From Pseudomonadales bacterium (GTDB lineage Bacteria > Pseudomonadota > Gammaproteobacteria > Pseudomonadales > JAHEIH01), in NCBI GenBank assembly GCA_023255355.1, contig JALRIU010000073.1:1-31353 (forward strand): DNA of 31,353 bases, in the 5' to 3' direction. This document shows, piece by piece, positions 1 through 9,650 of this stretch (its first letter is position 1; every line of letters begins with the position of its first letter). The notes under the pieces were generated by a model. That model did no database searches and was not told the origin of the DNA. It saw only the letters and a list, made by a program, of their open reading frames with translations. Position numbers and translations under genes: made by a program.

Positions 1-2097
1 ATCAGCCGCTGGATGTCCATATCGATTCATATAACCTGCTTCAAAAACGACGACTTTTGGTGATATGTTATTTAAAAAAGCCATGCTACTCGACGTTTTT
101 GAGCCATGATGCGGTGCTGACAGTATATCAACCGATGGCAACACTGCCGAAGCAAGTAACTGCGCCTCGATTTCACGCTCAATATCGCCCGGTAACAAAA
201 TACGTCTACCGGCAAAGCTGATAAGCAAAACGCAGGACGTATTATTGGTCTTCTTCGAAATATAGCCCGCCGGCGGCCAAAGCACCTCAATCAACAGATC
301 ATCTCGTTGGAAAGTGTCACCTGCTTGGCACGGTATTGGGTTACCCTCAAGCTCCGCCGGCGCATGCAACGTGGCAATATCGAGACTTTCAATCACATCC
401 TGCAAACCACCAGCATGATCCGTGTCTCGATGACTGATCCAAACATTGTCTAAACGATTGACACCTTGTTTAGTTAGCGCCGGCAAAACATGCCCCTTGA
501 ATGCTGTATACTCGCCATAACGAGGCCCTGTGTCATAAAGCCCGCGCCAACTTGGCGTCTGAAGTAAGACCGCACTTCCTTGGCCGATATCAAAAAAATC
601 GATCTGCAAACAGTTTTCTTGTCTATCAGCAGGCGTGGCTAAAACACACACCAATGGCAATAAAGCCAGATAGCGCCAAAGCCATACCCTAGGCAATATC
701 AAAACGACACACGACAAAAGTAATACAATCCAACTACTCATCGGAAAACTGGGCGCTTGCCATAGAGACCAAGGCACATCAGCTAACCAAGCAAGACCAA
801 CATCCAAATAAATAAGTAGCTGATCCAACCACCACCAGGCTTGCTGCCATGCAAAACTGCCCATAAATAACAACAACACCAGTGGCAGCAATATAGCCAA
901 ACAAGGTACAAAGACTATATTTATAAACGGCGCTATTAAGCTGATACTGCCGATATTAGATACTAACAATGGCATTGATACGACCATGCAACGCCACTGG
1001 GCTGCCAGCAGCAACTGCCAAGGTGTAGTTTGCGCAGAAACCCCTGCCAATAAGGCTGCTACCAAGGCAAAGCTCAACAAAAAACCCAAACTTAATGAAC
1101 CCAAAGGTTGCAGCGATACCACGACACACAACGCAACAGCCCACCCCAACCAGGGTTCACTTTGCCTTTTGAACCATAACATTAATACGGCAACTAATAG
1201 CATGAGGGTGGCACGTTGAACAGGCATACCCATGCCGCACAAAACGGCAAACAAACATCCTGCAAGCAACGCCCCGCACGCCGCCCAGCAACCTCGCGAT
1301 AGCACACTGTATGTTGCCGGCCAACACCAACTAAACATGTAGAACAAAGCTCCACCAACAGCCCCCATAAGTCCAACATGTAACCCAGAGACGACAACAA
1401 CATGCACTGTTCCAGTGTTTTTCAAGACCTCCCATTGAGTAGCAAGCAATTGACTTTTATCACCGAGGACAAGCGCCGCAAGCCACCCTTTACTAGTGGC
1501 ACTAAGTGGGGCGTCTAATATCTCCGTTTGCAAGCTGTGGCGCCACCTTAATACCATTCCGGAAACGCCAGACTCTTCTCCCAAATACTGATCAATAGAA
1601 CGCACATAACCCTTGGCCAATAAACGCTTGCTAATATCGCTTCGTTCGCGATTGGTTGTATCAAAATTGATATTGCGGTGAACACGCTTTAAACGGGCAG
1701 TGAATACGTAACAATAGCCAGGCAGAATATCCACAAACTGATAATCAGAGAGCTTTATGAGGCCTTGCATTTCAATCACCTTAAGACCGACGTTTGCCTC
1801 TCTAACTTCGACGTCAAATTGCTGGTAATCGAGACTTTTACTGACAAGGCTCTTTACGCAGCCATTTATGGTTATATCTTTAGCTTGATGCTCTTTGGGT
1901 AAACGCTTATTCAGATAGCTATGGCCATCTAAGGTTGCTATGGCCAACGCAATAAAAGCAATTGAAATAACATTGTTAAATCGCCAATAAATAATACCAA
2001 ACAGAAGCACAAGACCCGCTTGAAGCGGTGACAACAGCTGACTAAACCAAGGAACACAGGCGGCAACAACACCATAGGTCAAAAACAAAAGCCACAT
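1..2097 (-). CDS. comEC: DNA internalization competence protein ComEC/Rec2 (3' end runs off the window)
   Basis: Hand translation of the minus strand gives a stop-free frame from ATG 2130 to position 1. It contains the Competence-domain motif HVVVVSGLHVG, then DIGQG, YDTG, the metallo-beta-lactamase motif SHRDTDHAGG, LLPGDIE, PHHGSKTSS and NRYGHP. ATG 2097 is the preferred start (AAGGA 9 nt upstream); ATG 2130 is an alternative. Confidence 0.95.
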   Translation of the reverse strand, partial: MWLLFLTYGVVAACVPWFSQLLSPLQAGLVLLFGIIYWRFNNVISIAFIALAIATLDGHSYLNKRLPKEHQAKDITINGCVKSLVSKSLDYQQFDVEVREANVGLKVIEMQGLIKLSDYQFVDILPGYCYVFTARLKRVHRNINFDTTNRERSDISKRLLAKGYVRSIDQYLGEESGVSGMVLRWRHSLQTEILDAPLSATSKGWLAALVLGDKSQLLATQWEVLKNTGTVHVVVVSGLHVGLMGAVGGALFYMFSWCWPATYSVLSRGCWAACGALLAGCLFAVLCGMGMPVQRATLMLLVAVLMLWFKRQSEPWLGWAVALCVVVSLQPLGSLSLGFLLSFALVAALLAGVSAQTTPWQLLLAAQWRCMVVSMPLLVSNIGSISLIAPFINIVFVPCLAILLPLVLLLFMGSFAWQQAWWWLDQLLIYLDVGLAWLADVPWSLWQAPSFPMSSWIVLLLSCVVLILPRVWLWRYLALLPLVCVLATPADRQENCLQIDFFDIGQGSAVLLQTPSWRGLYDTGPRYGEYTAFKGHVLPALTKQGVNRLDNVWISHRDTDHAGGLQDVIESLDIATLHAPAELEGNPIPCQAGDTFQRDDLLIEVLWPPAGYISKKTNNTSCVLLISFAGRRILLPGDIEREIEAQLLASAVLPSVDILSAPHHGSKTSSSMAFLNNISPKVVVFEAGYMNRYGHPAAD

Positions 2098-2190
2098 TAG
2101 CTGCAATCCTTCAAAAATGTCATGTCTCATTCACATCATTGAGTTATAGTTAACACAACTAATTTTTGATATTGGACAGAAGGACAGATC

Positions 2191-2721
2191 ATGCCCAGAA
2201 AGCTCATAAAACGCTTTCTGCCAACTCCAGAAATGATAAAGCAACAAAAGGGCTTACATATTCTTGGGGATTGGTTACACGACCCTAATCTTTGGCATAT
2301 AAACCGCATATCAGTCTCTAAGGCTTTTGCGGTAGGTCTCTTTATGGCATTTGTTCCATTGCCAAGCCAAATGATTATGGCCGCCGCAGCCGCTGTTTTT
2401 TTTCGCTGTAATTTAGCCCTTGCTGTAGCCCTAGTCTGGATAACCAATCCAGTGACCATGCCAATCATTTTTTATGCGTGCTATAAAGTTGGGGCTTTCA
2501 TACTCAGCACACCGGTGGCTGACTTCCAGTTTGAGCTCACCTGGGAATGGCTGGGAAGCGAACTCTCAAGGATTTGGGAACCCTTTTTACTGGGGTGTTT
2601 GGTTTGTGGCATCGTGTCGGCGATGCTGGGAAAATACGGCGTCGACTTACTATGGCGTTATCACACAGCCTACCGTTGGAAAAAACGTCTAGCGTTTCGC
2701 AATACTAATAAGAACAATTAA
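2191..2721 (+). CDS. DUF2062 family membrane protein
   Basis: 176 aa; LWHINRISVSKAFAVGLF..VPLPSQ and WITNPVT motifs; position between comEC and lolE as in Pseudomonas. Confidence 0.85.
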   Translation: MPRKLIKRFLPTPEMIKQQKGLHILGDWLHDPNLWHINRISVSKAFAVGLFMAFVPLPSQMIMAAAAAVFFRCNLALAVALVWITNPVTMPIIFYACYKVGAFILSTPVADFQFELTWEWLGSELSRIWEPFLLGCLVCGIVSAMLGKYGVDLLWRYHTAYRWKKRLAFRNTNKNN

Positions 2722-3941
2722 TCGCCGCGTAATACTTCGGCGGGCTTCAATCTTGATGCCCGCCACGCTGGTAATATTGTTGCCACAAGGCAAATCAACA
2801 TCGACAGTGAAGCCACCATGACAATATCAGCTAACCTAAGATCAGAGGGCAAATAACTGATTGGGTAAATGTGACTATTTAAAAATGACGTACCAAAGGC
2901 TTTTTCAAAGAATGTCACTAAATTCGGTGCCATCAAACTAAGCAATACGCCCAATCCAACACCCGAGCCAACACCCACCACACCGATAGCAAATCCCTGC
3001 ACAATAAAGCTACGCATCACTAAGCCTCGCGACGCACCCATAGTTCGCAAGATAGCAATCTCACTCGCCTTATCTTTTACCCCCATTACCAAGGCACTGA
3101 CAACGTTGAACACGGCAACCAGGACAATAACAAATAACAAAAGTGTCACCATGTTGCGCGACATTCTTACGGCGTGATACAAGTTTCCATGGCTGTTTGA
3201 CCAATCACTGATAAAATCGTATCCCAGCGAAGCATGTTGCAATTGCCAAGACACTCGTCGAGCTGCAAACAAGTCGCTTAGTTTTAAGCGCAAACCCTCA
3301 GCCCCCTCAATGCCGCGTAAATTGTTCGCCATCGCTAGAGGCATTAGAGCCACTTGATTGTCTAATTCTGTACCAGTCACAAAAATTTCGGCGACAGTCA
3401 TCCGCTGCAGTTTAGGCATGATCGACTCGTTTCGATCGGGAACGATCAACACTACACTGTCACCTTTATGCAACGCCAACTCGCTCGCTAATCCCTGACC
3501 AATCACTAAGTGGGTTGAAATAGCCAACAGAGAACTTAAATTAGGTACAAATTCAGCAATCGCAGATACTTTAATTTCGTAGTCAGGATCAACACCAAAA
3601 CCTAACATCGGTACAACATTGTTGCGCACACTCAGCATCGCTTGCACTTTGGTAAAGGGTGCTGCAGCTAACACCTCTGGATGCTGCTCAACGGAGACTA
3701 TGCGAGATTGCCAATCTGGCAAACCATAATAGCTAATTAACGATGCCTGCGGCACTAAGTTGAGTATGCGCTCTTCTAGTTCACGCTGAAAACCATTCAT
3801 CACCGATAGTACTAGGATCAACATAGCCACCCCTAGCGCAAGACCAGCGGAGGAGACTCGAGAAAGAAAGGATAATAGCCGCTGCCTTGCGATACCAAAA
3901 CTGTATCGCCAACCAATCAAAAGAGACAAGTTAGCTCGCAT
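2718..3941 (-). CDS. lolE: Lipoprotein-releasing ABC transporter permease (LolE position)
   Basis: LILVLSVMNGFQREL, IAILRTMGAS and PAWRASRLKPAEVLR motifs; third gene of lolCDE. Start moved to ATG 3941 (MRANLS), which overlaps the lolD stop. The C versus E naming rests on gene order. Confidence 0.88.
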   Translation of the reverse strand: MRANLSLLIGWRYSFGIARQRLLSFLSRVSSAGLALGVAMLILVLSVMNGFQRELEERILNLVPQASLISYYGLPDWQSRIVSVEQHPEVLAAAPFTKVQAMLSVRNNVVPMLGFGVDPDYEIKVSAIAEFVPNLSSLLAISTHLVIGQGLASELALHKGDSVVLIVPDRNESIMPKLQRMTVAEIFVTGTELDNQVALMPLAMANNLRGIEGAEGLRLKLSDLFAARRVSWQLQHASLGYDFISDWSNSHGNLYHAVRMSRNMVTLLLFVIVLVAVFNVVSALVMGVKDKASEIAILRTMGASRGLVMRSFIVQGFAIGVVGVGSGVGLGVLLSLMAPNLVTFFEKAFGTSFLNSHIYPISYLPSDLRLADIVMVASLSMLICLVATILPAWRASRLKPAEVLRGD

Positions 3942-4638
3942 GCGCTTGCAACGTCCCATTAGTTAAGAAGACAACACGATCCATTTTTTTTGCCAGCTGC
4001 TCATCATGAGTAACCACCACAAAGCTTGTTTGAATTTGAGTCATTAGATCGCTCATAAGATCCCAAACAACAGCAGCATTTTTTGGATCTAGATTTCCCG
4101 TCGGTTCATCCATGAGTACGCAGCCTGGTTGTCCTACCAGCGCTCGAGCGATAGCCACTCGTTGCCGTTCGCCACCAGAAAGTTGAGCAGGACGATGACG
4201 TTCACGATGAGCCAAATTAACCTGTGCCAAAACCGCTGAAGCAGCACTAAAAGCCATGTCTTTCGACTCACCTCTAATCAATAATGGCATTGCTACATTT
4301 TCAAGCGCACTAAATTCAGCCAGCAGATGATGTAGTTGATATACAAAACCAAGATATTTGTTGCGCAGAATATCTCGCTGGCGCTCTCCACAGGATAAAA
4401 GTGATTGCCCCGCTAGCACCACTTCACCGCTGCTAGGCTTATCCAATCCACCCAGCAGGTTTAGTAGGGTTGTTTTACCAGCGCCGGAAGCACCAACAAT
4501 AGCGACACTCTCTCCTTTTGTAATCTGTAAATCGACCCCATTGAGTATGGTCAGCTGCTGCCCACCCTCTTGGAAGTGTTTAACAAGATCACTCGCTTGT
4601 AATACTATCTCTTGATCCAGCATGGCTCTGTTACTCAT
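3931..4638 (-). CDS. lolD: Lipoprotein-releasing ABC transporter ATPase LolD
   Basis: Walker A GASGAGKT, signature LSGGERQ, DEPTGNLD, VVTHD. Start at ATG 4638 in an ATGAGTAA overlap with the lolC stop (235 aa). Confidence 0.93.
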   Translation of the reverse strand: MSNRAMLDQEIVLQASDLVKHFQEGGQQLTILNGVDLQITKGESVAIVGASGAGKTTLLNLLGGLDKPSSGEVVLAGQSLLSCGERQRDILRNKYLGFVYQLHHLLAEFSALENVAMPLLIRGESKDMAFSAASAVLAQVNLAHRERHRPAQLSGGERQRVAIARALVGQPGCVLMDEPTGNLDPKNAAVVWDLMSDLMTQIQTSFVVVTHDEQLAKKMDRVVFLTNGTLQAHAS

Positions 4639-5869
4639 ATTGAAGGGCTTCTGATGCGTGGATTGCACCCGCTCGCTTGGCGGGGTAATAACTACTCAAA
4701 ACACTCAACACTATACTCATCACGACAACAATCATAACATCCTGCCACATTAGATGGCTTGGCAATTGGCTAATATAATAAACCGATGGATCAAATAACG
4801 CCGCACCAGCTATTTGCTCAAGTGATGCCACAATAGCACCAATGTTGGTCGCAAGAAAAATGCCAATCAACATACCCAAAAAACAACCCAGCATTCCAAT
4901 CAAAAGCCCTGTCATCATGAATATTTTTCGAATTTCGGCCTGTGAAGCGCCCATGACTCGAAGCACAGCAATATCGCCTCGCTTTTCGTTGACGAGCATA
5001 CTCATAATTGACACCACATTAAAACTTGCCACGGCGACAACGATGAGCAATAACACTGTCATCATCACTTTTTCCATGGCTATCGCGTTGAATAGACTTA
5101 CGTGGCTGTCGTACCAGGTCGTCATGCTGTAGCGGTCACTCAGCTTAGCTGCAACGTCATCAGCTAGTAACATATCTGCGACACGAAGGCGCAAGCCCTG
5201 CACCTCATCATTTTGATAACGGAATAATTTACGACCATCGTCTAATCGAATAAAAATTTCAGAACCATCTACCTGCGCGCCTGCCTCGAAAACCGCCAAA
5301 ATGGAAAATCGTTTGGTTCGAGGAAACACGCCCATCGCTGTTGCAGTTAATTGCGGCAAGATCACATTGACTTTCTGACCGACGAACACCCCCAGTTGCT
5401 CTGCCGTCACACTACCAATAACCATGCCATAAGGCTGATGCTGCAAATCATCAATATCACCATCAATGATCTGTGTCACAATATTTGATACCTGCTGCTC
5501 AGCAACAAGGTCAATGGCATTAAGATTGACTGCACGACTCAAGCCACCGGCTACTAACATTACTTTACGAGTTATCACAGGAGCTGCGGCAACAATATCG
5601 GGCGATTGAACGACCTCCGCAGCTACATCGCGCCATGCTGCGATGGGCATTGCATCTTTCGCCTGTAAAGTTGCGTGAGAAATTGTCGATAACAATCTAG
5701 ACTTGAGCTCACGATCGAAACCGTTCATAACGGATAAGACAGTGATTAACGCGGCTACGCCAAGTACCATACCAAGTACAGACACAAGGGATATAAATGA
5801 TACCCATTGACTTTGTTTCTTGGCAGTAAGGTATCTTACGGCTATTATTTTGGTAAAAGTACTCGACAT
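4631..5869 (-). CDS. lolC: Lipoprotein-releasing ABC transporter permease (LolC position)
   Basis: LITVLSVMNGFDREL, DIAVLRVMGA and PAKRAGAIHASEALQYE motifs. ATG 5869 is preferred over the track's TTG 5890. Confidence 0.88.
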   Translation of the reverse strand: MSSTFTKIIAVRYLTAKKQSQWVSFISLVSVLGMVLGVAALITVLSVMNGFDRELKSRLLSTISHATLQAKDAMPIAAWRDVAAEVVQSPDIVAAAPVITRKVMLVAGGLSRAVNLNAIDLVAEQQVSNIVTQIIDGDIDDLQHQPYGMVIGSVTAEQLGVFVGQKVNVILPQLTATAMGVFPRTKRFSILAVFEAGAQVDGSEIFIRLDDGRKLFRYQNDEVQGLRLRVADMLLADDVAAKLSDRYSMTTWYDSHVSLFNAIAMEKVMMTVLLLIVVAVASFNVVSIMSMLVNEKRGDIAVLRVMGASQAEIRKIFMMTGLLIGMLGCFLGMLIGIFLATNIGAIVASLEQIAGAALFDPSVYYISQLPSHLMWQDVMIVVVMSIVLSVLSSYYPAKRAGAIHASEALQYE

Positions 5870-5931
5870 AACCTCAAAGGTCTTAATCAAACTATAAAAA
5901 AGCGATACTATGGCCTAAAAAGGGATGAAAC

Positions 5932-6474
5932 ATGACGAATCAACGTAGTTATTTCAGAGTTAAAACGCCGATTGGCCTTCGCTACAAAATCTTAGGTTCT
6001 AAAATCGGTCAGGTGGATGCCAACTCTCTTTTTGCCAACTCCGAGTCACAACAACTCAAGCGTCAAATGCAAAACTTCAGGCAAAACGTTAACCTGCAGC
6101 TTAGATCGCTTCCTTCCGAACTCGATACCGTAAGTCTAGCCGTTCACGCCATCCAACAGCAAATAGATTTAATGTTTAATTACCTTTGCAACAACGATGA
6201 TAAAACTCATCAAGTGATGATTTCGCTCAGTGAAGGCGGAATAGGCTTTCAAAGCAAAAATCCAATTAGCGATGGCCAGTTCATTGCCATTCACATGGAA
6301 CTTGATGAATTACTCAGCATTTCTTGCTTTGGTGAAGTCGTAAGCTGCGAGGCTATTAATCAGTCATTTAAGATTGGTATACGGTTCTACAATCTATCTG
6401 ATGAAGACCAGCAACTCATCGCAAAATTTGTATTGCAAACCGACGCCGAACAGCGCCGGTTGAGAAGATCCTAA
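5932..6474 (+). CDS. PilZ-domain protein with internal coiled coil (PA2989-like position)
   Basis: RSYFR (RxxxR) near the N-terminus, SLSEGG as a variant of D/NxSxxG, and a C-terminal IGIRF..L beta-barrel end; divergent from lolC as in Pseudomonas. Confidence 0.82.
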   Translation: MTNQRSYFRVKTPIGLRYKILGSKIGQVDANSLFANSESQQLKRQMQNFRQNVNLQLRSLPSELDTVSLAVHAIQQQIDLMFNYLCNNDDKTHQVMISLSEGGIGFQSKNPISDGQFIAIHMELDELLSISCFGEVVSCEAINQSFKIGIRFYNLSDEDQQLIAKFVLQTDAEQRRLRRS

Positions 6475-6483
6475 CTCTAATCT

Positions 6484-6732
6484 TTACGCGGAAAAATCTT
6501 TTTTACTAGCATCGTAACTAAGCGATTCAGCATTGGCAGCATCTTCTTTTTTGAGCTGTTCTGTTTCACACAGCGCAGGATTGCCACCACAGATATCACA
6601 CTCTGTATCGATACCTAAGGCAGCCATTCCACCACAAGAGCCCTTGATTGGCTCCCGCCCCATCATCACGCCAATTGCCATGGCAGCAACCAGCAACAGG
6701 ACAAGTACAACAGCTATAAGCATAGTTAACAT
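6484..6732 (-). CDS. nqrM: (Na+)-NQR maturation factor NqrM
   Basis: 82 aa; N-terminal TM helix, then IKGSCGG..CDICGG..C (4 Cys); strong AGGAGG SD; last gene of the nqr operon. Confidence 0.92.
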   Translation of the reverse strand: MLTMLIAVVLVLLLVAAMAIGVMMGREPIKGSCGGMAALGIDTECDICGGNPALCETEQLKKEDAANAESLSYDASKKDFSA

Positions 6733-6741
6733 AGTTTCCTC

Positions 6742-7776
6742 CTAAAGCGCGTGTGATGCTAAATAAGCATCAAACGCAGACGATGAGCGAGTCGCGAACT
6801 TGTCTCCATCGCGCAATATAATATACACCGCCAAACCTAATTTTTCAGCCATCTGTAGACCTTTTTCTGGACCTAATACATCGATGGCGGTTGCGTAACC
6901 ATCCGCACTAGCGCAATCAGAAGCCAAGACTGTCACGGAGGCCAAACTGTGTTGCACAGGTCTACCCGTTCGTGGATCGATAGTATGTGAATAGCGCACA
7001 CCATCGACTTCAAAGAAATTATAATAATCACCAGACGTGGCGACCGCGACATCATCAATCATGAGACGGCGGTGAATTTTTGGTTGCAGTCCGCTATCTG
7101 GCTGGCTAATCGCAGTCACCCATCGATCCCCTCGTGGACTGTAGCCATGTGCTCTAAGCTCACCGCCAACCTCTACTAAAAAATTGGTCACTCCATTTGA
7201 TAGTAACCAGCGAGCTGCCTCATCAACACCAAAGCCTTTGGCAATAGCAGATAAATCAACAAATACGTCAGCTGAGCGTGCTGCAGATTGCTCTGTAGTA
7301 TTTAATTGCAGGTGATCAAAACCCATTGCAGCTTTTAGTTGCTCGATATCGTTATCGGAGGGCAACTCATCATTGGATACCTGGCGTGGGCCAAACCCCC
7401 ATAGATTAACTAACGCCCCCACAGTCGGATCAAATGCCTTATCGCTATCATTAAACACTTGTTTGGATAGCAACAATATCTTCATAAGATTAGGAGAAAC
7501 AGGCATTGCCTGATTTAGAGTGTAGCGATTTAGTTGCATCAATGCAGAGTCAGGCTTATAGGTCGACATTTCAGCATCAACCGCCGCCAAGGCTGCATGG
7601 ACACCACTTTTAAGTTCTGCTTCGGTTAAGTTTGCCGGTGCATCAACCACAGTAACATGGTACGACGTACCCATTACTGAGCCAGCAAAACTTAATGCTT
7701 TAGGGCTACTATCGCATGCTATTAGTAGACTAAAAAGAAAAAGCGGGATAATAAATCCCGCTCTTATTTTGAACAA
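6742..7776 (-). CDS. apbE: FAD:protein FMN transferase ApbE (lipoprotein)
   Basis: MGTSYHV, FDPTVGALVNLWGFG, DLSAIAKGFGVD, VATSGDY, SHTIDPRTG and ADGYATA motifs; lipobox LIA-C followed by Asp at +2. Preferred start TTG 7776 (AAGGTG SD 9 nt upstream); in-frame GTG 7788 and GTG 7800 are alternatives. Confidence 0.93.
   Translation of the reverse strand: MFKIRAGFIIPLFLFSLLIACDSSPKALSFAGSVMGTSYHVTVVDAPANLTEAELKSGVHAALAAVDAEMSTYKPDSALMQLNRYTLNQAMPVSPNLMKILLLSKQVFNDSDKAFDPTVGALVNLWGFGPRQVSNDELPSDNDIEQLKAAMGFDHLQLNTTEQSAARSADVFVDLSAIAKGFGVDEAARWLLSNGVTNFLVEVGGELRAHGYSPRGDRWVTAISQPDSGLQPKIHRRLMIDDVAVATSGDYYNFFEVDGVRYSHTIDPRTGRPVQHSLASVTVLASDCASADGYATAIDVLGPEKGLQMAEKLGLAVYIILRDGDKFATRSSSAFDAYLASHAL
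7732..7765 (-). terminator. Intrinsic-terminator-like hairpin inside the apbE 5' coding region
   Basis: Minus strand reads AGCGGGAT-TTATT-ATCCCGCT (perfect 8-bp stem, 7762-7742) followed directly by TTTTCTTTTT. It starts about 30 nt after the nqrF stop. Confidence 0.75.
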
Positions 7777-7785
7777 TCGTTCAAA
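7768..7785 (-). promoter_or_regulatory. Hairpin covering the putative apbE TTG start codon
   Basis: TTTGAAC-GATT-GTTCAAA, a perfect 7-bp inverted repeat between the SD (7791-7786) and the terminator hairpin; function inferred. Confidence 0.45.
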
Positions 7786-7792
7786 CACCTTA

Positions 7793-9013
7793 TTAACCAC
7801 CGAAGTCGTCTAGGAAGATGTTATCGCGTTCAACACCTAGATTAACAAGCATGTTGATTACCGCTGCGTTCATCATCGGCGGTCCACACATGTAGTATTC
7901 GCAATCTTCTGGAGCAGGGTGATCCTTCAAATACTGTTCAAACAACACATTGTGAATAAAACCTGTCAAGCCATCCCAGTTATCTTCAGGTTGCGGATCG
8001 CTTAGCGCTAAATGCCAATCGAAGTTATCATTTTCTGCAGCCAATTGATCATATTCTTCAGAATAGAAAACTTCGCGCAACGAACGAGCACCGTACCAGA
8101 AAGAGATCTTACGATCTGACTTCAGACGGCGAAGTTGATCAAAGATGTGCGAACGCATTGGCGCCATACCAGCACCACCACCGATAAAGACCATTTCGTT
8201 TTTAGTTTCTTTCGCAAAAAACTCACCGAAAGGACCATACACAGTCACTTTATCACCAGGCTTAAGGTTAAATACCCAAGAAGACATAATCCCTGGCGTA
8301 ATTTCAAGCTTACCTGGAGGAGGCGTTGCACAACGGATGTTGAACTTAACCACACCTTTTTCTTCGGGGTAGTTTGCCATTGAGTAGGCACGGATCGTTG
8401 TCTCATCGCAAGAAGATTTGAGACCAAGGAAACCAAAGCGTTCCCAATCACCACGATATTCATCGCCAATATCGAAATCAGCATAGTTAACACTGTGTGG
8501 AGGGCACTCTAACTGTACGTAACCACCAGCACGGAAATCAACGTTTTCGCCTTCAGGTAGACGTAACGTCAACTCTTTGATAAAGGTTGCTACGTTAGGG
8601 TTAGATTCAACTGTACATTCCCACTGCTTAACACCGAAGACCTCTTCTGGAACTTCGATTTTCATATCCTGTTTTACAGGTGTCTGACAAGATAGACGCC
8701 AGCCAGCCTTAGCTTCACGAGGTGTAAAGTGCGCTTGTTCAGTAGGTAACATAGAGCCACCACCATCACTCACAACACATTTACACTGCGCACAACTACC
8801 ACCACCGCCGCAGGCTGATGGAAGAAACAGGTTTGCCTCAGACAGGGTTTGCAATAATTTGCCACCCGCTGGCACAGTAATGGTTTTTTCGCCATTAATT
8901 TCAATGGAAACAGCACCGCTGCTCACCATTCTAGAACGGGCGAATAGAATCACGACCACTAGGCTGAGAACAACCAAAGTGAACATGCCAACGCCAAGAA
9001 TAATAGTATCCAT
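7793..9013 (-). CDS. nqrF: Na+-translocating NADH:quinone reductase subunit F
   Basis: [2Fe-2S] motif [10 protein letters not shown] plus RLSCQ; RAYSMAN FAD motif; [12 protein letters not shown]; CGPPMM; ends DDFGG. Confidence 0.97.
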   Translation of the reverse strand: MDTIILGVGMFTLVVLSLVVVILFARSRMVSSGAVSIEINGEKTITVPAGGKLLQTLSEANLFLPSACGGGGSCAQCKCVVSDGGGSMLPTEQAHFTPREAKAGWRLSCQTPVKQDMKIEVPEEVFGVKQWECTVESNPNVATFIKELTLRLPEGENVDFRAGGYVQLECPPHSVNYADFDIGDEYRGDWERFGFLGLKSSCDETTIRAYSMANYPEEKGVVKFNIRCATPPPGKLEITPGIMSSWVFNLKPGDKVTVYGPFGEFFAKETKNEMVFIGGGAGMAPMRSHIFDQLRRLKSDRKISFWYGARSLREVFYSEEYDQLAAENDNFDWHLALSDPQPEDNWDGLTGFIHNVLFEQYLKDHPAPEDCEYYMCGPPMMNAAVINMLVNLGVERDNIFLDDFGG

Positions 9014-9029
9014 GTTTCGCTACCCTCGC

Positions 9030-9647
9030 TTATAGATCAATACCACCGAATGACATGAAGCCTAACGCCATCAAGCCAACGGTGATGAAGGTAATACCCA
9101 AGCCCTGCAAACCTGCAGGAATATCGCTGTACTTGAGCTTTTCGCGAATACCCGCCAACGCAACAATAGCTAGCGCCCAGCCGGTACCAGAACCCGCGCC
9201 ATAGACGACAGATTCAGCAAAATTGTAATCGCGTTGCACCATGAACAAAGACGCACCCATAATGGCACAGTTTACAGTAATCAAAGGCAAGAACACACCC
9301 AACGCGTTGTAAAGTGCAGGGACGTACTTATCAAGGAACATTTCCATAATTTGCACGATTGCTGCGATAACGCCGATGTAACTCAACAAGCCCAAAAAGC
9401 TCAAATCCACGCTTGCCAATGCATCAACGCCAGTCCACGCAAGCGCGCCTTCAGCTAGTAAGCCGTGATAAATAACATTGTTAATAGGTACAGTAATTGT
9501 CAAAACAACAATGACAGCGATACCCAAACCTATGGCCGCCTCGATTTTTTTGGAAATCGCGATAAAAGTACACATGCCTAGGAAAAAGCCCAAGGCCATG
9601 TTCTCGATAAAAATCGAGCGAATGAACAAACTTAAATAGTGTTCCAT
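9030..9647 (-). CDS. nqrE: Na+-translocating NADH:quinone reductase subunit E
   Basis: [43 protein letters not shown] motifs. Confidence 0.96.
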   Translation of the reverse strand: MEHYLSLFIRSIFIENMALGFFLGMCTFIAISKKIEAAIGLGIAVIVVLTITVPINNVIYHGLLAEGALAWTGVDALASVDLSFLGLLSYIGVIAAIVQIMEMFLDKYVPALYNALGVFLPLITVNCAIMGASLFMVQRDYNFAESVVYGAGSGTGWALAIVALAGIREKLKYSDIPAGLQGLGITFITVGLMALGFMSFGGIDL

Positions 9648-9650
9648 CGA

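Noticed and set aside
407-414. E. coli Chi octamer GCTGGTGG on the minus strand (also 8523-8530)
   Set aside because: Two copies seen by eye against about one expected by chance in 31 kb, and Chi sequences are lineage-specific.
1-2130. comEC as a pseudogene, since the track shows only short ORFs here
   Set aside because: Hand translation shows one open minus-strand frame; it was omitted only because its stop lies outside the window.
2174-2188. Direct repeat GGACAGA-A-GGACAGA before DUF2062
   Set aside because: Two short units that coincide with the ribosome-binding region; no evidence of a separate function.
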